In this document: positions 37,622-51,200 of the stretch, piece after piece
Layout of the letters: each line of letters starts with the position of its first letter
Numbering within the stretch: the stretch's first letter is position 1
Assembly: GCA_965649825.1 (NCBI GenBank)
Contig: OZ287707.1
Span: forward strand, 488,292-552,291
Origin: Penicillus capitatus
Lineage: Eukaryota > Plantae > Chlorophyta
Length of the DNA: 64,000 nt
Reading direction: 5' to 3'
Notes under the pieces: generated by a model
Database searches by the model: none
The model's input: only the letters and a program-made list of their open reading frames with translations
What the model was told of the DNA's origin: nothing
Translations under genes and position numbers: made by a program

Positions 37622-39101
37622 CTAATGACTAAAAAGAAGACTCGGATGTTGGAAGAGCGTTCCGTTTTTGATGCGATTCTTCCTTATGTCGAGAGTTTCG
37701 ACGCGAGGAAGGATCTCGCATAGATCCCTTCTTTTCTCTCTGAGTTTGTTGTCGCGCAAAAGAACGGCATCTTTCCAGAACTCGTGATTCGCAGCGGGTT
37801 GCTTCAGCTTTTCCGGAAAGACATCGCGTTTTAGTTGCTGGGTCGGCATCGGCGGTAGTTTCTGAACCAATGGCGTCGGCGAGAGCAATGGCACGCTTTT
37901 GCGCCATTTTTCCCTTTGCTGCTTGTTACGTGTCGTCTGCCAATGGCGCTGTTGCGGTGTCATCCACGTCGAAAAAGACGATCTCTCGTCCAGTCCTGGA
38001 AGTCTTTGTCGACGCACGGATCTTGCCGACCGGAGGTCTCTTCGTATCTGGCGATGAGGAACTCGACATGTGCGCTCTGTCTCTTTCTGTCGTCTCCATA
38101 CCTGAAACATCATCGTGAAACGTCGCACAATGACGAATGAATCGACGACAACGCGCTTCCATCATTCCCCAAGTCGATTCCAAGAATTACCTCGTCGCCA
38201 CAACTCTCCCGAGAACATCTTCCAGACAACGAAAAGGATGTCCTGCGAAGTTCTGCCTCTCTGATGCGACGTGGGATCAGCTTAACTACAGCACATCCAT
38301 ACCGGCATTCGCTCTTCGATGTGGCGGCGTCTCGCCTGCATCGTACACGTCCTTCTCTTTCAGGTACCGATCCGACGTCGAGAAATCTGCGTTTGGCGGT
38401 TCACTGGCGGCGGCGGCAGTGAAGAAGTCTTCCGCATTCTTATGACTCAATGTTCCGGACATCTTTTGCAGTTGCTGTTGGACGGCTCTGTCTCTCGACA
38501 CCAATCCTTCCAAAAGTCTCTTTCTTCGGTATGCTGTGGCCATCAACGAAAAGGGCAATCGATCGCTTGCATCCTCCTTCGCATTCACGCGTTTCTCCTT
38601 GGCGTCCGCATTGCGACCCAGTGTTGTTGTCATAATTTGTAGAAACTCGTCGTAATCGACCTCACCCGAATGGTCTTTATCCACCTCTTCCAGCAATTCC
38701 ACAACTTCCGCTTTTTTCATATGGAGACCCAATAGCTGACAGAGAGAGACCGACGATCGCGAAAATGTTAAGAACAGGATAAACGTGCTTGAAAGGCCGC
38801 GTGCAATTCATCTGCGTCGATCGCGCCAGAACCGTCGGCGTCCATGAGATCGAAACACTCTTTCAGCTGACGACGACTTTGGCGAGAGAGAGGTGGATGG
38901 ACGATCTGAGGCACACAGAAGAACAGTAGTAATCCATAAGGTCGACCGTCATGTCAATACAACCTTGCCATGTTTCTTCAGCCAGTTAGCAACGTCAAGA
39001 GCCAATGTCGGCTTCACTTTCGCGATTTCTTTGCGAAAAGACGCAGGTGGACCTTTCGTCGCGTGCCATGCTGATGTTGCCTGTAACAGAATAGATAACA
39101 T
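37622..39101 (-). CDS. EF-hand (centrin/calmodulin-like pair) protein with basic C-terminal extension
   Basis: LKECFDLMDADGSGAIDADEL and VDKDHSGEVDYDEFLQIM, joined by a GC-AG intron (38736-38788). Start codon and 3' exons are approximate. Confidence 0.7.
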
Positions 39102-39763
39102 GGATGCGTTGAATATGTCAGACGCGCGATCGCCGCCAACAGCATCTGCCACTTAGGGAATCGCGTTTGTATGCCGTCAACGAAGAGAATCGACCAAAGA
39201 AAACGCAAACTACCGCGAAAAACTCACGATCCGACAAATGACAGAAGAATACAATTGGCACGGTCGGGACACAAAGAACGAATGTTCGCGTTCATGCGTT
39301 CGGATGTAGATCCGGAAGAGAGCGACGCAAAGATTGAGACTTCCAATACAGGTCAGGGACCTTGAATTGCTCCTGGTTTGACCTGGCGGACGTTTGGGAG
39401 GATTGCCAGCGACTTCTGGAGGACGACATCCAGAGACAACCAAGCCCGCGATGATATGTCCAAGAAAAGGAATACCAACCGCCGGAGCTTTACCTCGATA
39501 GGAGCGTCTATGATCGATACCTCTACCTGGAACCTCACTTTCGACGTGAAATGTTATCTTATGCTCCGGCGAAGCTGCCAATGAAAGACCACCGCCTCCA
39601 TTGTCAGAGCGTTAAAGAGCGATTGAGATTTCATGCGGACGAATAGCAGGAACAATATACGAAAGAAGTTGTTTTTAAAATCGTTTGACAAAAAGACACG
39701 TCCTCGCTTTCTCGTCCATCACAAGTGAACACTCCCTTGGCAACTGAACGCCCGTCGCGGAGA

Positions 39764-41093
39764 TTAGAAATCATCCATCTCCTCTCTTGTTGGTAGACTC
39801 GACATCGCTCCCTTTCTTTGAATGCATCTTGCGGCCGCCGAGCCTGCAAAGAAGCGTGAGATTCACGTTCGCATAAAACATACATCCCACTCGCAAATCT
39901 GAGCGCCTTCTCCGGCGACAAGTCATTCAGAAGACCCACTGCGTATGCCGCTGTGAAGCAATCTCCCGCTCCTACAGGACGCCCTCCACATTGGAGATTC
40001 GAGCTCATTGTCTCATGCATCCACCTGTCGTGTCCACGACCTTGGCAACAGGGACAGCTGGCTGTCGTATCACCTCACCCTCTGTACAGGCTTGCAAAAG
40101 AACTAGACGGCTAAAGTAATGGCCCTTACCAGTGACAAGCATAGATCCTTTAGATCCTAACTTCACTAAAACTTGTTCTACACCGAGATTCAAGAGGCTG
40201 CGCGCCGCCATCTCGGCCTCCAGTTCATTAGATACAATCTTCCCCGAGATTCTTACGAGTTCTGTTTCGTTGGGTGACAGAATGGTCAGACGTGGCAGAA
40301 TAGATGTGGATAGAGGTGCATCTCGTCCTCCAACGTCAAGGATAACAGGCACACGTGCAGCAGAGGCCAACTGTTAGACAGACACACACATCCATAGAGG
40401 AGATCATCCATTCGCTTCTCTCATCTGACAAACCTCAGCCACCATCTGATTCACCTTCTCCGGAATCTCTCTCTGCAATAGCACAGCGCCGGCCGTTCTA
40501 ATCAACTAAGCACCGGCATCGATACACTCTGGAAATCTTGAAGGTACATTCTCTTCGGAGGAACTCAGATGCCATGGCGCTTCATTTGCCCCGCCGACAA
40601 TCACAATGCTGTTCTCACCTGCAGCAACACAGTACTGCCTTCGTTGTCTCTCTCGTACTGGGTATGGAATCACCTGATGGCTGTAACATCACAACGGCTG
40701 TTCCCGTTGGTCCCTTCACCTCCTTAACGGAAGAAACGTTGACCCCACACGAAACCAAAGACTCCATCAGAAACTCGCCATTGGCATCCGATCCGACCTG
40801 TGCACTCATCCATCTGATGCATTGCTGGTTTGTTGGGAAAACATGGTTCACTTGACCGATGAAGTACGTTGGATACCCCAGCTTCGCGGCAGCTGCTGCT
40901 TGATTGGCACCCTGGCAGAGTACCCGCCACTCTTGGAACGTCTGCTGATGAGAAGCGATCTCTCGCTGACCTTTCCCCCAGGGAAGGTCTCTAAGCTCTT
41001 GGCCGAGATTGTTTCGCCTGCCTTAGGGACGCGATCGATCTGAAAACAGAGATCGGCGTTGGCTGAGCCAACGACGACTAAATGTCCGATCAT
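39764..41093 (-). CDS. RBSK: Ribokinase (PfkB family)
   Basis: VVVGSANADL, PGGK|GANQA, VGSDANG, PTGTAVVML, SPNETEL, VKLGSKG, VDTTG|AGDCFTAA. Multiple short introns. Confidence 0.93.
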
Positions 41094-41125
41094 GCGGTTC
41101 ACACACCGTGCAATTGTCCATCAAG

Positions 41126-44100
41126 ATGAGCGGAAGTGCCGAAAAGAGGGTCGTCGTCTTCGGCCTCGTGGGTCTGTCTCCCATCCGTTTCCCTATTCGC
41201 ACGTTCCACGCTTGGATGGATGGACAGGGAGCACTGAGCACAATGGAAGAGAGATTCTCTCTGTTCTGTTAAACTGCGACATCTTTGACGACAACTGTCA
41301 GAACAGCACATCTCCCGTACAGGTGGACTCGATACCCACCCATACCGCATGCAAGTTCACTCTGTGACGCGGCGTATCGCAGAGGCATCGCATTTCGGGG
41401 TCTCCCATTGTAGCCTACGAAGACAAAGATCAAGGGTCCTGTTATCTTTGGTCAGAATGACATTCTCAGAATGGATCTCTCTGTTACACATAGGGTGATG
41501 TTTGTTCATTTGCCTGGAGAGATGGAAGAGAGTGTTGCGGCAAGAGAAAAGAATTCAGTCAAAAGAAAGGCAGAGTGGATCATCCATTTGAGCTCTCTGT
41601 TTGCCACCAGTCACATCGTTCTAATGCTTTCCCCCAAGACGACAGCGGACATTGAAGAAATACATACAATGCGCACAATCCAGGCACGTTTCGCATTCAT
41701 CCTTGTGCTCTTGGGAATGCAGCATCTGTTGGATAGATGTTCAAGGATGCGTGGATGCCACACGTTGAAGAGAAATTTCCAATAGCTCGACAAACCAACA
41801 TGCCACTGGACTTGCAGAAACTTCATTCTGTCATGGTACCTGGGTATTGCGAACCCCAACTACTTTACCTGTTCCAAGTGAGAGTGCCCTTCATAGAGGC
41901 CTCTTTCTTACAGTCTTACTTCTATGTGTCGAGAGAGATCTCTTTCCTTCAGACACTCAAGAAACGCTGAGTATGCTTAAGTACTACGTGTGACGTCGTT
42001 GATTTGCACAATGCATGGCAGATGGAATATCACGTGTCTTGTCTGAGCAACTTACCACTCTCTATCAGAAGAGTGAGATCCCTCCAAAGAAATCCAATCG
42101 TCCAGTCGTGAGCACGTCTTCTGTCAAGACCATGGTGTTGCCTCGATTACCGATGACGATGGATGAACATTTGAAACATTGGGTGGCTTATCTGGAAGAA
42201 CCGAAAGAAGAGAATCCCATCATGGTATCCGCGATGGCCAAATTGAGAGATCTTGTTTACTCCAGAAGAGAGAGAATGCAATGTTATCTGCGATCAAGTA
42301 ATCTACACGTGTCTCCACTGCATCAAAGGCATGAATGATGTGACAGATTCTGATGACGTTTTTCCGACGAAATCAGAAGTGCAGTTGGTACTTGTGTGCA
42401 TTGAAGATCTTATGAAGGACAGTTTACCATCGCTGTCTTCATCTCCTCGAATGTGTTGTCATTATTTGAGATGCTCTGGTGCCAAAGGGATGGACTTGCA
42501 GGAGGATGAGGGGGACAGAGGGAGGTGGCAGTACTTCAGAAGGCCGTCACACAGCAGACAACCACAAAAAGAAGCTCAGAAAAGCGTGGAGGATGTATTT
42601 GGACGGAGTGACAGCTCTTGACAGAATGGCAGGCAAACAATGCGACAGGGCCACCCATCTTGCTTGGTCACACTATGAAAGAGTGAGCATCCTGCCGAAC
42701 ACAGAACGCTTGAATATCTCCTGTTGCAGCTCGTGCCTCAGCTATACACGAAACATACACACGAAGCCGCCTTGAAGGAGGCAATGAAGGTTCTGAGAGC
42801 AACATCGCACGGTTCTCTCTATCCAGAGATCGAAGCAGAACTCTCTTCAAAGTGTATGGAGCACTGGCAACATGGCCGCCGCCAATGTGAAGTTGTCAGT
42901 CTGACGGGGCGTTCCTGCCGAAAACCTGTTCAGATAGACGATGATGGACAGATGGTGCCTTCACAATCTCGCCGGGCATCACAGCTAACACTGCTTTCGT
43001 GATAGGCCCCTTGTCAACACGATTCTGGTTTCACGTGCATGTCGGCGAGCAATTCTGGTCTGTCTATGTATCCGAGGGCAGATCCTTTTAGCTTCTTGAC
43101 TGCCAACTATGGGTTCTATGCAGAGTGCCCCGTAGATGAAGTGTGGTCTTTGACACAGCCGCAACCTCCCGCCACAAAAACAAAACACAAAAAGAGAATG
43201 TCTGCGACATCTAAGGAGATAAAACGGTCTGTGACCAACCTTCTGGCGTCTTCTGTCCTGTCGATACACTTGGACATGTCAATCAGCTGCATCATTGAAG
43301 ACAACGAAAAAATATGCCGTCCGTGTTGCTCTGAACGGCTCATGTGGTGATCTGTGTTCTGTTTTTAGAGAAAGAGCAGACGGCGACGGTGCACAGCTGG
43401 TGCTCCCTTTCATACTTGGGACCACGCGAGGCCTGTCCTCCAGGCGAATCGCTTGCTCAACCTGGATTCTATAGCGGAAGAGACAAGCTTTATGGACTCG
43501 GTCTGCATCTCCCTGTTTACACATCCGCCTCCCAACAAACCTCCGAATTCGGTACACACATAGATGCCCCAATGCCTAAGACGATGTTCTCGGCGTACAG
43601 ATGAGAGTTTTCCACCTCTGAGCGGAGCTCCGTCATCAAAGAAAGTTGAACCTCTCTACGATGCCTTGGAAGAGCAGTTGGCCTGTGTTCGGGCAACGAA
43701 GCGAGAATTAAAGAGATACTGGCCAGAGGAAACGCATGGCGCAAAATCGTGGCCAATGCCTGGCATTACTGTCGACGTTGTTGCAACGGCACCCATTATT
43801 CTTCAGGGATCAAACAGCCAGTCTAAGAAACACAGCCATCGATATACAGACAGCACAGGTGCGTTTCCAACCCATTCTGCCACACTGGACACCGTGCTGC
43901 CAACCAGAGGACGTTCTGATTGGACTCGAGTACGAATCGATGGAGGGACTGCGTTTCATCGCTTCTCCGAAACAGCTTGCAGGAGATCAGACCCGAGAAC
44001 CCTTCTCCGTTTTCGTTTCCAGAGACATCCCGATCTTCCTGCCATCTCCCAGAAACAAATCTGAAGGCAATCCTTCGTCAGGGATAAAGCATGAGAAGCT

Positions 44101-44443
44101 CTGTCAGTTACAGCGGATCTTCTTTGTGACACCCGCTTCGCCGGCATCCTTTGCCACGCAGCCAAGTATCCAGTTTCGATTCTCCTCCCGCTGTCAACGA
44201 ACACCTGTCATCTCACGTTTCCATCTCAAGACACCGGTCGTGCTACCTGCCAATAGCGTCACTGTCCTGCGACTTCCTTTTGTCTATGGCATTCCCTCGC
44301 AATGGACGGGACAGCTGGGAATTGAAGGTCTTGTGGATAATGTTGCGAGTGGAGTGGCATGCTGGACACCTTTTCTGCAGACAACTGCGAGTCATCCTTA
44401 CGATGCATGTCTCGAGCGACACACGCTCCTTTTTCCTGTTTGA
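41126..44443 (+). CDS. SMG8: Nonsense-mediated decay factor SMG8
   Basis: N-terminal VVVFGLVG, LFATSHIVL, RQCEVVSLTGRSC, RADPFSFLTANYGFY, IGLEYE, LQRIFFVTP, LRLPFVY. Multi-exon. Confidence 0.8.
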
Positions 44444-44512
44444 GCATCTAAGTATCGATTAAAGCGAACAATTGACATAGACAGTCGTCCTGGATACTGT
44501 TGATGTCATCAT

Positions 44513-46354
44513 CTATTTATCCTTCTTAGACTCGTCTTTTGCATCATGCAGTTTTGGTGGTTCGATTTCTTCAACTTGTGCCGGTTCTCGTCGATGACGC
44601 AGCGTGGGCGTGGATGGTCCCTCTTCTGTTTGCTCCTCTGGCGGCTCTGTCTCTTCAGCTTCCGTTTCTGAACATGGACCATCATCAGCCGGAGCTGCTG
44701 GCGCTGCAGATGATTCTTCACTGAAGCCAAATTCATTGACGCGTTTCTTGTCCACTCCATAGACATACCACTGATAGAGGTAGATCAAGAACACAACATC
44801 GTCTCTGAAGACAGACAGTCGATGCAGCCATGGCATGGTAATCACAAAGGCAAAGAGATCATCAATGATCGTATTGAGAAACTTGTACGTTAACTGTCTC
44901 CACGGCAGATGCGCCACACTCTTGAGCTTGTAGTTCAAGTACAGCTGAGGACACATCAGAATGAAACCAAAGGCATACACAGCTCCGACCAGTGAACTCA
45001 GAATCCAGGAATACCAGCTCTTATGCGATTCATTGACCAAAGCGTATATGGAATATCCGATGACGAGTGGATAGATGACGTATGAGAGGTACTTCATTGC
45101 CTGGGCATCGTGCTTCTTGGTCTCGGAGTTACTGTAGGAAGCCCGATCTTCAAAATGCGGCACAGGTATACCGTTCCTCCACTGCACCGTCACTTTCATC
45201 GCTTTCGTGATTTTCCAGATTTCGATCAGTAGACCCACTCCAGAGCTGAGCAGTACGACGAAACTGGTATCGTTGTCCATCAGATAGAGAAAGATCACAA
45301 ACTGACAGGCAGCGTTGATCAGGATGGAACGAGCGGAGAGACCTTCCATTGATCGATTGTCTTTCCAGAAGCCGATGTCATTCTTAAACGCCAAGAAATC
45401 AAAGAAAGAATGCAAAAGCGACACGACAAATGTGATGCCCAACAGAATCGGATTGCCTTCCACCAAGATCTTTTTGAATTCATCTGTCTCGTCGTCTGTG
45501 TTCAGTCCCATAGAGGCCTGGAGTCTGAACGACTCCTCCACTTGGCTAATGATCTGGACGAGCCACGGTTTGATCGAACTCACTGTCAATTCAATCGTCA
45601 CTTCGTCTACCGTACTGTTCACTTCGATCATGTGACTCTTGAGGACCCAGAATTCATTGAAATAGATCATGGGATAGTAGTAATCGTCCTCGGGATCGAC
45701 CAGGAAGAGAGGACGGAGATGTGGCGGAACGGTGCTCTGTTTGTACTGGGAGAAATCGTCCACCAATGCCACCGTCATTTTCGGTTTCCAATAATTCACT
45801 ATCTCTCTTGGCGCTTCCTCCTCTTCCTCTTCCTCTTTGTCCTCCTCTGATTGAGCCTCATCAAAGAGAAGATTCTTTTCTTTTGTTTCGCGGCGTTTTG
45901 GACCGTAGTGTGTGAGTCTGGTCACACCGAAGAAGGCATTGTGTTGTTCGAACTCGTGCCCTTCTCGCATAACGAAGGTATGGAGATAGAGGCTTCCATT
46001 ATTCTGAGCGCTTTCTGGCAGCTGGAACGTCACATTCTTGGAAACGGCGTCATCAATAACCAAGTGCACGCTTTCAAGGTCCCAAATAGGATCTTTTTTC
46101 AGTAATGCCTCCTTGATGACGGGAGAGGGGTCTATGTAAAAGGAGATATCGACGGGCTCGCCTCGTTGAAAGAGATTGCGCAACACGGGTTGGTCCGCGC
46201 TTTTGCGTCCACCTCCTTTGAGATAATTCATGAGCCACCAAACGAAGACCATTCGGGCAATAGTGCCGATGAGACCGCCTCCTGGACGTGGGGCAGCTTG
46301 TTCCGGAGCCGGAGCCGCCCCTCCTCCAGGTGCGGCAGCTTGTTGTTGCATCAT
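44513..46354 (-). CDS. CLPTM1: CLPTM1-family membrane protein (lipid scramblase-like), intronless
   Basis: FDFLAFKNDIGFW, FILMCPQLYLNYKLKSVAHLPWRQLTYKFLNTIIDDLFAFVI, FRDDVVFLIYLYQW, RVNEFG. Confidence 0.95.
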   Translation of the reverse strand: MMQQQAAAPGGGAAPAPEQAAPRPGGGLIGTIARMVFVWWLMNYLKGGGRKSADQPVLRNLFQRGEPVDISFYIDPSPVIKEALLKKDPIWDLESVHLVIDDAVSKNVTFQLPESAQNNGSLYLHTFVMREGHEFEQHNAFFGVTRLTHYGPKRRETKEKNLLFDEAQSEEDKEEEEEEEAPREIVNYWKPKMTVALVDDFSQYKQSTVPPHLRPLFLVDPEDDYYYPMIYFNEFWVLKSHMIEVNSTVDEVTIELTVSSIKPWLVQIISQVEESFRLQASMGLNTDDETDEFKKILVEGNPILLGITFVVSLLHSFFDFLAFKNDIGFWKDNRSMEGLSARSILINAACQFVIFLYLMDNDTSFVVLLSSGVGLLIEIWKITKAMKVTVQWRNGIPVPHFEDRASYSNSETKKHDAQAMKYLSYVIYPLVIGYSIYALVNESHKSWYSWILSSLVGAVYAFGFILMCPQLYLNYKLKSVAHLPWRQLTYKFLNTIIDDLFAFVITMPWLHRLSVFRDDVVFLIYLYQWYVYGVDKKRVNEFGFSEESSAAPAAPADDGPCSETEAEETEPPEEQTEEGPSTPTLRHRREPAQVEEIEPPKLHDAKDESKKDK

Positions 46355-46416
46355 CGAACGTACCAACACGAAAACGTGACACCGTTGTCGTCATTTCAGT
46401 TGCACCATTTCATGCA

Positions 46417-48062
46417 ATGTTTGACAGGCGCGAGGGAAACGTGCCGCTTTTGACGAAGCGGGTGGGGGGTGGTAATGGAATTATACCGCTTTCTCGAATC
46501 ACCTCATGGCATGCGCTGCTGGCTGGCATTCTGTTTGGAGTTGTATTGGGTATGTTTCTGAGTACGACCTTGTTCTCCTGGCTGCTGTCTTACAACAAAA
46601 GTGGACAAGGTTATGTCATCATCACATTTATCCCTTGGTTTTCATTTCTGCTGCATAGTGAATACTGGCAAGACGATGCCGGAAATGCTGCCCTCTATCA
46701 AAGAGACGGACGTTGGTCTCCATTATGAGCAGCGACATGGTAACATGCTGCATCATGCCATGTGATGTGACATCTCTGCTTTATGTGCAGACGAGATTGT
46801 GGAGGAACGGAAAGAAGATGATGACAGGCTGCCGACATTACAGGACGAAACGGTCGAAATCGCCGTCGATATGAAGACAGATGATAATCCATCGCTGCGT
46901 CTTCACGAAGGTCTATCTATCGTTCTGGATACCAACGTGTCTCATAACATTACCTCGTAGTTCAGGTACACGGGAGATCTCAACTTTTGAACAAACGGGT
47001 GGATGGCGGCTGACACCAGATGTTCTGAACATCAGTCTACACTTTCCCCGATCCGAAGTCACGCATTTGTGTTTCTTATCTCTCGCATGCCTTGCTCAAT
47101 CACTGCATGCTTGTGCAGCTTGTCTCCGAATCGGAGCCACGTGCCATTCTCTTCAAGCAGTTTCTCTCGGAGGAAGAAGTCCAACACATAGTGGACAAAG
47201 CATCGACACATCTTTCCCGTTCCAAGGTGTGTATTCAGAATTTCAGAGAAAGGGCAACAGAAATGCCATCATTGCTCTGCAGGTCGTGGGTGGTAAGGAA
47301 GGGTATGAAAATAATGTACGAACAAGTTATGGTGCCTGGTTAACGGCGACTTACCGAGACGATACGATTCGCGCTATCGAACAGCGCATTCACGATGCCG
47401 CTGGCATTCCACATCCGTTTGGAGAAGGCATTTACGTTCTGCGTTATGAAAAAACGCAAAAATACAATCCCCACACGGATAACTGTGCACGATCAGTAGA
47501 CCCTCTCTTCCAGCTCGCATCTATCCACTGTGGTGGTTTTAGGGGGAAACCGTTAAGGATTCATGCCTCGGTTTTCTGAAGCGAAGTGGAGGACCGAAAT
47601 GCGGAGAGGGACATGGAGGTGTCTCCTGTGGAGATCGAATTGCCACTTTCATTATGTACCTCAAGTCTGTCCTCTTCTGCCTCTCCCTCAGTCGAGATGT
47701 CTTTTCGGAGCAGATCTCCCTCTCTGGGCGGCGAAACGCTTTTCCCCAATGCCAGAATCACGCAGGACCGTCTGAAGAAGGCTGGGCGTAAATCGATGAA
47801 TGGAGACTTTGCAGATTTCTGCCAGAATTCCCTTTACTTCAAGCTCTCTCCGGCGCCGGGTGATGCCGTTCTTTTCTGGGATTACAGGCCGAGATCAGAT
47901 ATCCAAAACCACAGCAGTTTTGAGCGCAGTGGGAGTTGGGAATTCAGCAATGCCACGACAGAAGGCACGAATGACGGTGGCAGCCTTCACGGAGGATGTC
48001 CTGTTATCGAAGGCGAAAAATGGATCGCCACAAAGTGGATTCGAAGCACGGTCTTTGTGTAG
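46417..48062 (+). CDS. P4H: Type II membrane prolyl 4-hydroxylase
   Basis: N-terminal TM, VRTSYGAWL, EGIYVLRYEKTQKYNPHTD, RIATFIMYL, GGETLFP, SLHGGCPVIEGEKWIATKWIR. Confidence 0.92.
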
Positions 48063-48221
48063 ATAACTGTAGATCGGTTAAATTGCAAAGAAGATTTCAT
48101 GGTGCTGTCATTTCGGCAGTGATGTGACTTTTTGTTCGCGGAGCGTCTCAGACGCACGTCATCGCTCGACTGTTGCTTCGACCAGCACAAGACAAACGCG
48201 TTTTCGATTGATTTCTCAGCA

Positions 48222-51200
48222 ATGTCCTCGAATTGGTTTCGTGCAGCTGAGCAGTGGCTGAGAGGGAATGTCGAGGTGGAGACACTTGTGGTGGAAGCTG
48301 CACTCGAAGGACAGCTGACAGAACTCGAACAATACTTTCGCCAACATTCTCCATCGACAGGGTTCGTCCTGTGATGTCCTGCAACACGGATGCATGTTCT
48401 GTCCATGCAGACCACATCCTATAACCCTAGGTGCCCTGGAGCGTTATGCTTGTCAGTGTGCCTACGATTTGCTCGATAAGCCACAGATCGATCGCGGCAT
48501 CTATGTTCTGCGAAACGTCTGTGGAGAAGACGTCATGCATCAATGGCTGAGAGATGCTGTCATGTCATCAGTCGATGCTCCTCTGCGTCGTCGAGTGACG
48601 GAGTACTTAAGAAAACACGCATTGATGAATGAAGACGATGCGACGACTCTTAGGAACTTAAGTAGGTACCATTGCTGAAATGTGTGAGAGTGTGAGATTG
48701 CAGTGCTTCCATAGATCATGTGGAGAGAGTGTACACTGTCGAATCTTATGCCCTTGCTTTTGAAGGAATGCGATCTTCTGCGCTGTCGACATTCGTTTCC
48801 AGTACCTATAATCAATTAGAGACATCACTGAATTCTTTCTTCCCTCGTCGTCGAGGAGGAGCGATAAAATTAGTGGATGATGTGAAAGGCATGTCGCTCC
48901 TGCCCGATTCTGCCAACGTCTGGGCACAAGTCTCGGAAGACCGAGCATGGAAAAAGAGAGCGAATGAACAGATAGCATCCCCAGCAGAAAAACGACAGGG
49001 ATCCATCTCGCTCTTTTTCAGAGGAGCTATCGAATGGTTTGCGGACATGGATGATGTGGACTGGCAGCGGATCGTGGTCGAAGGGGATCTCCTGTCACGT
49101 CATCTGAACAAAGCTGGATCCATTCCACAAGCAGCTGACGAATCTGGCGTCAGATGGACGGCAGAGTTACAGTATTACGTGTCACACTTTATGATGAAGG
49201 AGGCTCTACAGAAGCTCAATCAGATTCCCCCATCGTCTGTTGTGTCGGCCACCATCTCTGTTCGGCAGAGTCACATCGAACTGCTGCGTTTCGAAGCACG
49301 GACACTGAACTGTGATCTTGACCCATTCTGTAACCACGCTTCTCGCAGAGTCCTCGCAGAGAAGCTTCTGGTCATGGGAATCTGGTTTCAGACCCATTGG
49401 GAGCGCGTAGAAGAGTGGATCGGCTTTTTGGCTCGATCCGGCGCACTGTTTGGAACGGAACCCGTACACGAAGACGTGAAAGCCCTGCTGCAGAGTGGAC
49501 GCGTTGTAGCAGTACTTCTGGAGTTTTGCATACGACATGCGTTGCCAGCGACGCTCCAACATTTTCTGGAAGGCAATGCCATACCAACAGATATCGAGAG
49601 AACAAGAGTGATGCTAAACATTGCTCGAACGTGCGACTGGGCACAGTGGTTGATTCTTTCCCGCATTCCAGATCAGATCTTTGCTTCGACCATTGCCAAT
49701 GCGCGTTATGTCTTGGCGACAGAGCAGATTTCGGTTAAGACATTTGCCGACCTGGCTCAGGCAGATTCCATTTATGTGATCTTGACAGCATTGGCACATT
49801 CTCCAAAACCTCTGAGTCAGACACTGCTCATGGAGCGTCCTGTATTGACAGAGAGTCCCAGTCAGCGGGAGGAGTTGCAGGTTGAGAACGGCAAGCTCTG
49901 TCTGGTCGATCCCACCTGCTGCCTTGCAGATATCGAACCTCAGCTTCAAGAGAGTTACCCCGAGACATGTCGAGCATTGAGGATCATTGCCTGCCAGGAG
50001 AAAGAACGTGGGCATTTGACATTCTCTGATTTCTGCACATGGCGCAACCGTATGCTGAGAACAGAGTTAGGAGAGATCGGGTTCCTAGACATGGTCATGA
50101 CGTCTGGCATCCGAGAGATCGAAAAGCTGCTCAAGATGAGCCAGTCGACCACGGACATTGCAGCAGATCCAGGTCAGAGTGAGAGCGCTCAGTTTTGGGA
50201 AGAGAGACAGCTTCGCATGCTGCAACAGTATGTACAGAAGCTCTGTCATCGGGATGTTCCTGAAGGGATCAGCATCGGCATCTGTCATCATCTCATATGC
50301 GGGCGACCTATGGCGGCGCTGGAGTGGTTCCTTGCTTCCAAGCCGACTTCGGCATCTCCTGTTCTTACGGATGAGGAACTGCGATTTCTGGAGTTCCTGA
50401 CACGCATTACTGCTCTATGGTTTTTCAAAGATGCTGTCGTTGTCTTTGCCACCTTGGTTTTCGCGGCAGCCTGTGGAATAGACACCAATAAAATCAGAAT
50501 CGATGTTGCTGCGTTACAGCGGCTGGATCATGCGCAAGGCAGTTCCATGGACATTACAGATTTGACGGAGGATCTGGCCATCGAAGTTGCCATGGAATAC
50601 GATGCAAATCTAAACTGCCGGGTGCAATACAGATCACAATTTCGACGAGGACACGTTTTCTTTAGGTAGCAGGCCATGCTTCTTCGAAGATTCTCGGATG
50701 TCTAGAGAATGTCCTGTTGAATACTTTCTCGGTGAAGCCATTGATGTCCAGTAGTACTGTCGTGGAGATCGGTATGCCTTCAGTTCTGTCGGAATCGACC
50801 GATGCTGTGATCAAGTGGTCCATCGTCCATGCATTTGCCAAGCTGCATCATCAGATTCCTACAAAACGCCTCCTCGAAAGACTGGCTCAAGCCGACGACT
50901 GGATCCTCTTTCTCACAGAAGCCAATTTCTTTCAGTCCTCCATTAACGAGGTTCTTATCTCCCTCCCTTCTATTCACGTACAGGATCTGTGAACCAGGTC
51001 ATTAATATTGCGAAAGCACATTTCGCCGATCCGCATCTGGGGCATCACGTTTCGTTCATCTTAGAAGGAAGACATATCATTCAAGAGCATCCAGCTGTAC
51101 CTGTATCGCGTTCGCTTTCGGGCGGCTGGGAGAGCAAACTCTCTCACGATGTGACGATGCCGAGTGCTCCTGTCTCTGAGGAGCTGTTTGATCTTCTGCT

